Assembly: GCA_051362555.1 (NCBI GenBank)
Contig: CM120649.1
Coordinates: forward strand, 3,038,001 to 3,102,000
DNA: 64,000 bases
Reading direction: 5' to 3'
Origin: Lingula anatina
Taxonomy: Eukaryota; Animalia; Brachiopoda
The position numbers and the translations under genes were made by a program. The stretch's first letter is position 1; each line of letters begins with the position of its first letter. Of the stretch, positions 54,801 to 64,000 are shown piece by piece. The notes below the pieces were generated by a model. That model searched no databases. It was not told where the DNA came from and worked only from the letters and a program-made list of their open reading frames with translations.

Positions 54801-55809
54801 TACTGCAGAACTTCATCACTTCTCAGATGCCAGTGTAGAAGGCCTAGGTCAGTGTAGTTACTTGAGACTTAAAAGCAACACAGGAAGAATAGCAACCACA
54901 TTAGTTATGGGCAAGTCCAAGGTAGCTCCCTCTAAACCAGTGACAGTCCCACGCCTAGAGTTGTCAGCAGCAGTGATGTCTATAAAGGTGGGGACCTTTC
55001 TTGCCAAGGAGTTAGAGTATGAGGACATCACCCATGTGTATTGGACTGACAGCAAAGTTGTTCTAGGGTATGTCAATAATGATGCTAAGAGATTTCATGT
55101 CTTTGTAGCAAATAGAATACAACAAATTAGAGAAGTCAGTCAGCCATCCCAATGGAGGCATGTTAAGTCCAGTGACAACCCAGCTGATATAGTCTCCAGG
55201 GGAACAGGTGTGACAGAGCTACTACAGAATGAACAGTGGTGGAGTGGGCCAGACTTTCTGCGCATTGATGAACCACTATCTACCACTGATACCCAATTCA
55301 GACTAGCACCAGATGACCCAGAAGTACGCAAATCTGAAGTCAATGTATTTGCTACTAAAGTAGAAACCAACCACGATCACTTGTCTGATGTATTGAAAAG
55401 GTTTTCTTCCTGGAACAGAGCAACACGAGTTGTTACGTGGTGTTTACGATTCATACAGAAGCTGAAACAAGCTAAGAACAGGAAATCTACACAGCAGAAC
55501 ACAGTTGAGACCAGCAATGAACCGTTGAATGTTCAAGAAATACAAGTGGCAGAAAAGATCATTCTCAAGTCAACACAGATTGCTACATTTGAGAAGGAAA
55601 TTGCAATACTGAAAGCAATTAACAGAGAAGATAACAGTGAACACACAGAGAGAAAACAGGCAAGATATCGCAACGAACAAATCAAGAAAACCAGTTCACT
55701 ATACCGCCTAGACCCATTTTTATGTGAAGATGGACTACTCAGAGTAGGTGGTCGTATAAAGAGGGCAAATCTACCCAGAGAGCTTACACACCCAGTGTAT
55801 TCTGCCTAA
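51829..55809 (+). CDS. BEL/Pao gag-pol polyprotein, part 1 (Gag with three Cys/His knuckles, aspartic protease, RT, RNase H)
   Basis: FEGDP, CILC..H..C / CFGC..H..C / CQKC..H, AVLDEQSD, FYVDD, HHFSDAS, WTDS, DNPAD. Ends at a frameshift near 55797. Confidence 0.95.
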   Translation: MATQAEMILLQAELKRVESHIDQTMCELEKHFNFTKSNIKKTSTPKNALTSCAPLTLCEQTTIAKELSKPRIQIQVFEGDPIKYVLFKRQFKSRIIETCDSDDEKLNYLLQYTRGEPHEITLGFAHLDATIGFKAAWKEFERRYGDQEQIATSYINRALQWPVIKHDDYVALDKYGIFLRECEYAVKEIDAIPVLEYPDNLKRLMTKLPLKLHDKWRSIVYERKERGQKITFQVFVDFVQKEARKLADPIFGKVPPPPERPIPAPRRRVPTQTVLSSTSASSNERHVHKCILCKEQHKLHQCPEMQEKTMDERLSIIKNNGLCFGCLAYGHRKHECRSKMKCQKCNSYHPTILHDDNYTSKVVGAAVCHTTHSSENVHSMIVPVVVHHEDNPDIYSVVYAVLDEQSDACFVKSSTLSELECKGKHVDIRLSTILGEKTVPSRKVRGLVVRGLNQETLIELPDTYSRDSIPVKRSQIPRPETAKKWPHLHSIADKITPYRPDIEVGLLLGVNCMKAIRGLEYIHGRGEEPYAYRCNLGWGIVGPVDKSRPIDENKSFGTHAFAFRTQVTEISPAEVCSLFDQGFDQQKDEKLSLQDQKFMKIMEEGIHFNEGFYEMPLPFKDGHPALPNNKPAAEIRLEQLRKRLIHNPKYYEHYNSFMQDLIDKCYAEESPHEDGGWYLPHHGVYHPKKREKLRVVFDASAKHENVALNDCLLKRPDQNNSLIGVLLRFREQPVAIMGDMENMFHRFKVKEEDRKFLQFLWWKDGDLSSNPITYRMTSHIFGAISSPACALYGLRKLAEDYQDEYSPDVIAFLKNDFYVDDGLKSIESSEEAIRLVRETRELLNKGNLRLHKLVSNNREVMNTIPMSERAKEMRNIDLNRDTLPICPALGVQWCVEADSFQFKVQINDKPLTRRGILSTVSSIFDPLGLVSPFILAGKKILQELCRDGAEWDDQVPESIRCRWERWRSDLLNLTKLNIPRCYKPNDFGEVTTAELHHFSDASVEGLGQCSYLRLKSNTGRIATTLVMGKSKVAPSKPVTVPRLELSAAVMSIKVGTFLAKELEYEDITHVYWTDSKVVLGYVNNDAKRFHVFVANRIQQIREVSQPSQWRHVKSSDNPADIVSRGTGVTELLQNEQWWSGPDFLRIDEPLSTTDTQFRLAPDDPEVRKSEVNVFATKVETNHDHLSDVLKRFSSWNRATRVVTWCLRFIQKLKQAKNRKSTQQNTVETSNEPLNVQEIQVAEKIILKSTQIATFEKEIAILKAINREDNSEHTERKQARYRNEQIKKTSSLYRLDPFLCEDGLLRVGGRIKRANLPRELTHPVYSA

Positions 55810-56977
55810 GCATCATCACGTTACAAATCTCATAATTGACCACTATCATACACGATGCGGACATTCAGGAAGTGGCATTACTCTTAATGAAGTCCGAGCT
55901 AGTGGTTATTGGATAATTTCTGGCCGTGCCAAGATTGGATCATATATATGGAAATGTGTGACCTGTCGTAAGCTACGAGCAAACTCACAGAGTCAGAAAA
56001 TGTCAGATCTTCCAGCTGACAGACTGGAACCAGCACCTCCATTCACCTACAGTGCAGTAGATTTCTTTGGACCATTCTATGTGAAGGAGGGAAGAAAGCA
56101 GATGAAGAGATATGGTGCTATGTTTACATGTTTAGCATCACGTGCTATTCATATAGAAGTTGCATATTCACTCAGCACAGATTCTTTCATTAACTGCTAC
56201 AGACGCTTTGTATGCAGGCGTGGACCAGTACGTCTACTCAGAGCAGACCGTGGAACCAATTTCATTGGAGTTAAGGGAGAGCAAGAAACTGCCTTTATGG
56301 ATATGGATCAGGACAAGATCAGGAGAGAACTTCTGAAAGACCACTGTGACTGGATTCAGTTTGAAATGAATGTTCCTCATGCTTCACATATGGGAGGCGT
56401 GTGGGAAAGGATGATCAGATCAGCCAGAAATGCTTTATCGGGACTTCTCACAGCTCACAGTGACCGTTTAGATGATGATTCCTTGTCCACATTGTTAACT
56501 GAGGCAGAAGCCATAGTTAACAGTAGACCTTTGACTTACATTGATACACAGTCACCAGATTCTCCAATGCCTTTGTCTCCAAATCAGCTCCTGACCCTGA
56601 AAACTAAGGTCGTGATGCCACCACCTGGGAATTTCATAAGGAAAGACACATACCTTCATCGAAGATGGCGACATGTTCAATATCTAGCCAATGAATTTTG
56701 GAACAGGTGGAGAAAGGAATTTCTTCCTACATTACAAGAGAGAAAAAAGTGGATCAAACAATGTAGAGATGTACAAGTTGGAGATATTGTTCTCATGATA
56801 GATGACAGTGCACCAAGAAATCAGTGGCCACTTGGTCGCATAACAGAAACCTTTCAAAGTGCAGATGGATATGTGCGTAAGGTCAAGTTGAAAGTTAGGG
56901 ACTCTACATATGAGAGACCAGTGCACAAGTTAATTCTTTTATTGACCGGAGAAGACCCCGTCGAGGAGCCAAAATAA
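55798..56977 (+). CDS. BEL/Pao integrase (frameshifted continuation of pol)
   Basis: ILPK...DHYH...GH...C..C zinc finger, then VDFFGP, RADRGTNF, GGVWERMI and the C-terminal WPLGRI/RPVHKL motifs. Confidence 0.93.
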
Positions 56978-57267
56978 CTGTTAACTGTGACAATAGTGTT
57001 AGTTTGTTATGATTCTATGCTACAGTTTGTGTAGATTTAATGAACACTTTTGTTTTCTAAAGACAGTTAAATGTTGGGCTATTTGTGTTTATGGGATTGC
57101 AAGGTATTTTATGTTTAAATACAGTAATTAACAGTAAGTTTTGATGTTCCTTAAAGGTGTTTAAGGTACGGTAATTCTTAATAATTTCCGAGCAAATATT
57201 TTTTATACGTAATGATAAGGTAAACAGTGTATATTGTATAAATTGCTTTCACAATTTAGGGGAGCCA

Positions 57268-57585
57268 TGTTACGGTTTGGCCCGTCTTAGCTGTTATGCA
57301 CATCGGTGGAGATAGCGTTTTACTTTTTTGACTAGAGCACGCGCTTATCATAGTTATGTTCTGATCATTAAAAGTCACTAATTCCCGCAATGAGGTAAGA
57401 CTTTATGAATCATTTAGTAATTTAAACAGTTAATAAGAACTTTATAAGTTGTAATTGTAACATAATTTAAGGATAATTTTTTAATTTGATGTATTTTGTT
57501 CATTTCAGTTTCTACGTGACAATTTCAATGACAAGCAAATAAAATAGATGTAAAAAAGACTAAAGAAGTTTGCTTATTCGTAACA
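57268..57585 (+). repeat. 3' LTR
   Basis: Near-identical to 51425-51742. Confidence 0.97.
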
Positions 57586-58955
57586 ATACATTACACATGT
57601 AGATGAAATAAAACAGAATTAAAATATATAAATTTAACAATGACAAGAGAGGCTTTTGACTGGAGAAAGAGTAATAACAGAAATAATAAAATAAATTCAC
57701 AACTATTCATATTAAGTCGAGTTATTATCATTGTCAGATCTCAACCAATATCACCTTAATGCACCAAATTTCAGATCCATTGTATAACTGCAGGCTTGAT
57801 CTTTTAACATCTCCTTTTCCATACAGGCAAGCTTATTACCCAACAAGTGAAAGTGAAGAATCTGCATTGCCAATGTAGGATCTAAAACTGGGGCAAATTT
57901 AAGTGCTCACATAATTTTAGAAAACACATAAAACTGATGGGTAACTCATTTACAAAACTGAAGATTAATCACAGGAATAAGACTGCCATTTAGTGAAAAA
58001 TCAAAAAAATATAGCTTTGGGTTCAGGGGGCTGCCTAGGCCAATATTTTTGGCTCATAAAACGTAGCAAATCTGTCAATAGTTGGAAAAATCTCACCCCT
58101 ATAATTAGACACCCTGTTAAGACACGGTGATAGCAAGTGCATTTATATCCGGGGTTTAATGAAAGAAGTTTATGTATGCCATCAGTGCTATGCAACTACA
58201 GTCACCTCACACCTGTTAATTAGACTGTCTGATGCCTCAAGTGATAAACACTTGTTTGTAGGTGACAAAAACAATAAAAGAAGTTTCTTCATATCCAAAA
58301 AACAACAGCATCTTGTACTTAAAAAAAAAAAAAAGATATACCAAGTAGCCATCTTGGTACCTGTTCACACACGTTACCAACTTAAACTGGAATGTGACAA
58401 AGCCATGTCACTTTATATACTAGCTACAGTACCAGAAAACCTGTCGATGTCATGGCTGAAACTTTAAAATGGCACATAAGTTATCTTAACTTGATCTTGT
58501 CAACAGGCTAGTCAGAGGCTAGTTAATGGATTTTCAAAAATTTTTTTATTATCAGCATACTGAGGACAGAGGACAGTTAGAAAAAAAAAAAAAAAACTCA
58601 AAAAGTCAGGGTGTAACAGAGGTGTTAGCTTCCAGATCAAAACTCTCTGAAACTCACAGAGAAACAGCTGTAAGCTTCCAGAAACTCTCTGGTGTTCTCC
58701 GATTCCATTCCAAGATATTTTGTATCCTAGCTCTACCCAATTAAACATTTTGCCAAATGTTCGACTTAATTAAATTGTCTAAAGAAAAATATATATATTT
58801 ACAAGCATACATGTAACTAATACAGCAATGTTTCTATTCAAAAAAAAAAAAAAAAAAAAATACAGCTATTTTAAAAAGAAGGTTCTATATCAAATGGGAG
58901 CATTTTTCTTAATTTGAAAATTATCATAAATGCTCTGGCACTATCAAATGGATCT

Positions 58956-59675
58956 CTATATGTTTCCATTGCCACTACCATCTCCATTCATTAGTGCTTG
59001 AACTGCTGGGTTACCTTCGGCGCGGGCTCTGAAAGAGGCGTCAAGTAACTCATTGCCATCATTAAACAAGGGATTCTGGGTAACAGGGAGACTAATGGTG
59101 GAAACGCCATTATTCGTGGCCATGTCCCCATCATAACTAACCCCAGAATCCACGCTGATTCTCGACTCGGCTCTTTTCTCCCCTTTTGAGATGGACTTCT
59201 TGGTTTTTGCCTCATCTTGGGAGAGAGAGCGTTGCCGTTGCACTTTGGCTGAGTTTGTCTTCCATTCCTTAAAAGCTACCTGAAATGCTCGCGATAAAAC
59301 TAACGCCACAGCCTGCGCCTTTTCCTTGCTGCTGCATATCGCTGCGTGACAATACAACTTCTGCTTTTCTGGCAATTTATACACCCAGCAGACGATTCTA
59401 TCATTGATGGCCCTGTCTGGTGCGCAGTAGGATAACTGTTCAATTCCAAACATAAACTCCTGTTTGGTCTCTGGATTGACCATGAGCATGCCCGTTTTGT
59501 TTATTCTCAGAGCAACGCGGCTCATGTTGCGCTCTTCTGTTGAGGAGTCCCATATCTTCTGCAACGGTGCATCCGTGCAGCCTTTCCCACTTGGCACGAA
59601 GGTTTCCGTGTTGCCAATGTAGCGCACAAAGAAAACAGGATCTTCCTCAGTGATGGGGACTTTTTTCTTGAACAT
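58956..59675 (-). CDS. FAM43A-like phosphotyrosine-interaction (PTB/PID) domain protein, 239 aa
   Basis: ITEEDPVFFVRYIG...GKGCTD...KIW, LSYCAPD and LYCHAAICSSKEKAQAVALVLSRAFQVAFKEW match the FAM43/PID_2 pattern. The CDS is in a single exon with a splice acceptor at ~59707. Confidence 0.8.
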   Translation of the reverse strand: MFKKKVPITEEDPVFFVRYIGNTETFVPSGKGCTDAPLQKIWDSSTEERNMSRVALRINKTGMLMVNPETKQEFMFGIEQLSYCAPDRAINDRIVCWVYKLPEKQKLYCHAAICSSKEKAQAVALVLSRAFQVAFKEWKTNSAKVQRQRSLSQDEAKTKKSISKGEKRAESRISVDSGVSYDGDMATNNGVSTISLPVTQNPLFNDGNELLDASFRARAEGNPAVQALMNGDGSGNGNI

Positions 59676-62454
59676 TCCTCTTCAGTGGCACAAAAGACTT
59701 AAATGCCTGCTGAAAATGAAAAATGAAAAAAAAAAAAAATTATGTAATATGACAAAGTTTAATTTTTTAAAACCAAAACAGTAACATGTAGGCAATACAT
59801 CAGGCATATTTACAAAACCTTTTTTGAAAACTATACATGTACATGTATAAAAAGCATTATCCATTTATATAATACAAAGTTGTTTATTGTAATCCATTTC
59901 TATTTTAGTATAATAATTTAGGTAGAAGTTAAACATTAATTAGGAGGTTTAGCAGGGGGCTGCCTAAGCCAGTGATATTCTTGGCTCCCTGAACAGTAGG
60001 AAATCTGCCGATAGTGGGAAAACCACGTCCCTGAACTAGTTGTGGCAGTGACAGGTGCCATTCTAAGTAAAATGGAGACATCTAACTCATTTCACAGTTA
60101 TAAACTTACAAATGCAATTATGATACAGGTTTGACCTACCGTGCTCAAGTAATTCTTTATATTTTATATGCAGGCAAGTTACCATACATGCACCTTCAAC
60201 TCCATTTGGCCCTGAAAGATAGAATATAAATTAATAAACAGCCAGAGACCTCATGTGATTGTGACGATATATCCTTTTTTCCCCCATTCTAATGGTGTTT
60301 TGAGGTGAAATGCAAGTACTTTCTATCAGAACAAATAAATAATACAATGCAATTAACCCACTTCAGGGGCTGATTGAGGCCATCATCTGGGTCCTCCTGA
60401 CGACAGTCAGATTTTCAAGTTAACATTGATGGGTATCTATTTTTTTCTGTCAGAAGACGATCAAAAATGGAGGATGCATCAACAAAGATAATTTGGAAGA
60501 CTGTCAGAAAATAACTCTGGATCCACCCCTGCTCTTGGAATATATTCCGTGAACATACACCTCTTGCTGGCGCTTAAGGTGTTCCTGCATATATATCACC
60601 TGGGGATTGCCTATTATCTTACACATATACCAAACAAGTTAACAATATAAATTCATATCACTCTAACTGTTGCCTGCAGCTCTATCAGCAGCATCATTCT
60701 GTACAAACCACACTACTGGCTGCATAAATATTCTATAAAGCATGGGGCAATGCTGGTGTGTCATACATTGCCAATAGCTATAAAAACAATACACTTTAAT
60801 GACATATACATGTAGATTTCACATTTCAGTTCTTTAGGAGTTTGTCCTCAATTTTAAAACATGATCGATGCAGTTGCCACTAAAATTATGAATCCAAAGA
60901 TAAAACCTTCTAGCATTCAAGGTAGAAATAGAGAAAAATAATTTATTTCACAGTTACGAACTCATGGCTGAAATTAATAAACCATTGTTTGTGAATGTGG
61001 CCTGATAAACCTACTGTATCATGCTGAAAAGAAATTAGTCTATAAAAACGGTTTTAAAACATGATAATTTTTGTTCTGTTATAAAGGAGACAAACTGACC
61101 AGTAACACTTGAAAAAAAATTAAAGACGCCGTTAAAAGAATAATAAAATTGTTAAAATAAATAAATTCCTATGTAAAGTTAAACCTGTCCATATATATTA
61201 TAACCTAAAACAATCCTTCAATAAATAAATAAATAAAAACAGTAAAATTATAATGTTACTTTAAATAAAGTCTCATGCCAGTTTATGAAGATAATCATCT
61301 TCTCAAATTCACTAAGTTAACAATATTTGACCAATTTACTGAACATAAATAGCCACTCCATTGTGTGTCCATAAAGTACTTCTACCTGCTGATTAAATGG
61401 CCACACTGTTGGGCTGGTCCATAGAAACAGTTCTTACATCAGTAGCCAGTGAATACTAGTAAATCTTACCTTAATAGCTACAATCAATGAGCATAAAATT
61501 AGTCATAAAATCAGCAGTAACCTGTTTATAATTACCTCCCAGACTGACCAATCACTCGTACTACTGAAACTACCACTTCGCATGGATAGACATAATGTCA
61601 TGTACTAGTACTGTACGTGTCAGCATTTTACCCATCAGCCTCAGCCTTAGGCGTAACATAACAGGAGTGGCCAAACCAGAAAAACGGTGTATACTAGTAC
61701 CTTAACAAACCACCTTCACGGCCATTATACCCATGACGTTGATGAATTGAGAACTGTCTTTGATGTATCGCCAGCTTTTGTTAATCTGATACTAACAATG
61801 GATACAGAGACGTGATGAATCACTTTGGCTTGAAATAAGACCTCTTGTGTCAATATCACCTTGTATGTTTATGTATTATACAGTATATCATATTAATGCT
61901 ACTGGTATATAGTAACGGATGGATCACTGCTTCTCTTTTTATATTTCTGGTTTGAATTTTTTCTCTGGTAAACTGCAGGTGATATTGCAAATCTACATTT
62001 GTCACTTCATATTTAAATCATATAATTTTTTGAAGCAGCAGATAAATATGAAATCACTGTCACCTGAATAACATATGCCTCTAAGATGACAGTGAAAACC
62101 TCCTCATTTCTCAAAATAAATAATAAAATATTATAAATAAACATACGATGAAATCTCTTTTCACCTGAATTGACTTTAGAACCACGTTTCCACTTTCAAT
62201 TATCTCACCACAACCTATCTCTTTGTTATACTGGTTGTATTATATAATGAACAAAATTAAACATAGATGACCTGTGAGGTTTCTATTTCTACAAGGGAAA
62301 GTACATGAACATGTTTGACGTGTACATGTTGGAGTGATAACAAATACTAACAGCAGCCTCCTCATATAAATTTGCCTGTTATCATGAACTTTTTTTTTTT
62401 TTTTTAGGTCAGTCTACTGAACACCTATGATGGATTTTAGTCTTTCTATTATTC

Positions 62455-62497
<43 letters not shown>
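62455..62497. repeat. (AAT)n microsatellite; (TG)n also at ~63165-63190 and ~10348-10376, (TA)n at ~45634-45680
   Basis: Direct inspection. Confidence 0.9.
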
Positions 62498-62498
<1 letters not shown>

Positions 62499-63164
62499 GA
62501 CCCATTGTTTCAGAGAGATTCCTCTTCTTAATTGCTGAATATACAGGCCTGTTAATAAGGAAAATACCAGTAATAATTAATTATTGGTATAAGCATTATT
62601 ATCATTATTATAATAACAGTCTTTACTTCATAATTCTTTTTATGTCACCATTTTTAATTTAAGTCTAAATGTATAATAACAGAATTATTTTATAAATCAA
62701 TTAAAGTCTAAAATTTATAATTACAGAATTTGTGTAATTATATATTAGACTTAAATTATATGGATGCAATTTTTTCAATTATGAAGTCAACTCTGTCAGG
62801 AAAGAGGAACAGAAATATTATATAGTGAAAAAAGTTTGTCTTTCATAAATACACAGTCAATCACATCAATCAATAGGAAGATGAAGATATAAATTTTGTG
62901 CAAAAAAATTTTTTGTGGCCCCAACAAATGTTAATTTTTGAAAAAAAAATTTTTTTTACTGAGCTGCTGCTTCAGCAAGTCCCAGAAAATAGTATTTTGA
63001 TACAAATTTTGTACTGTAATATATTCTATTTCGCCATTTGCCGAGTGAATGATCATGTAAAGCTGGTACGTACTTGCATTTTCACTTTGCATAATATGTA
63101 TTATCTGCTTAAAAAATGAAGATCTGGTAAAATCATATCCACACTGCACATTCTGTTTCATTCA

Positions 63165-63204
<40 letters not shown>

Positions 63205-64000
63205 GCAAGTGTTTATACCCCCCAGTATGTGATCCTAGACCTGCCTGTAAACAGTTTACTTTCTTTCAAATAAGTTTTCAATTATTATTTCAAATTTATG
63301 CTTCCCTGAATTGAAATGGAAAGCAATGCATACATGTATATCCTTATCAAAGTCACTATTCAATTAATTTGTTAATAATTGCCAATTGAACTTAAATGTT
63401 TAATATTTCTTTATGTAGGAACTAATCTTCATAAGTATACCATTAAGTCAAACAAATAAGATTTCTAAAAATTTAGATTTTCCTTAATTAGAAATTAAAC
63501 AACTAACTTTTTAAAGGTAGAAATGCCTCTCTTCAAAAGCTTTTCTAAATCTTATAAAAATAAAATAATATTCCCCTAACACAAACTGAAAAAAAAATAT
63601 ATAAAAATGACATCTTGAGCCCATCCTTTGTCCCCGTTGTAAAGGGGCAAATTTCCAAATACATTTTTTATTAATATTATTATTATAACTATTCGTATAT
63701 CATATACTGAGTATGGGTTCAACTTCAAGCTGAAACCAAACTGCAAGTCAAAGTCACAGCGTGACCACAATTATCTAACTACACTTTAACTCAGGTCACA
63801 TGTTGGACCGAGTGTGTTAGCGTAACCCCAACCCCGGTTATCTATGGAATAAAACACGTCACCTTTATAGCTGCCTTATCTATTCGGGGCAACTGCCATC
63901 GCAAAACAAATAAATCCAGGTGCAACATGTAATTCACCAGCTGCCGAAAGGTGGTGCTGATTCAAGACGAGATTGAAATGATGTGCTCTTCGAAAAAATA

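Larger units (their letters stand above)
51425..57585 (+). mobile_element. Full-length BEL/Pao LTR retrotransposon, recent insertion
   Basis: Two 318-bp LTRs (TGTTACG...CGTAACA) with one visible difference. 5-bp TSD ATACA at 51420-51424 and 57586-57590. Purine tract AGGGGAG before the 3' LTR. Gag-PR-RT-RH-IN domain order. Confidence 0.97.

Noticed and set aside
63750-64000. Cluster of TTATCT (GATA) motifs and CpGs at the window end
   Set aside because: Could be regulatory, but short motifs alone are insufficient and the context is cut off.

Overview
AT-rich, intron-containing animal genomic DNA, probably from a marine invertebrate (lophotrochozoan/mollusc-like repeats; the taxon is an inference). 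In order, the genes are: DDX3/PL10 DEAD-box helicase (-, 18 exons), head-to-head with RPL8 (+, hosting 3-4 intronic C/D snoRNAs including a SNORD37-like guide); a tandem segmental duplication carrying two copies of a type II membrane [degenerate GT32]-[polysaccharide pyruvyltransferase]-[GT32] fusion gene, one truncated, plus a duplicated RPL8 last exon; ESD (+, with one GC-AG intron); a very young full-length BEL/Pao LTR retrotransposon; and a FAM43-like PTB gene (-). Many non-autonomous elements are present (Helentron-associated HINEs, Tc1, Kolobok, Harbinger/hAT MITEs). Top observations: (1) the BEL element has no tRNA primer-binding site. In its place are two tandem units, one complementary to the spliced and one to the unspliced junction of an intron inside its own LTR, suggesting splicing-coupled self-priming. 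(2) An animal pyruvyltransferase-glycosyltransferase fusion. All coordinates were read by eye and no database searches were run.
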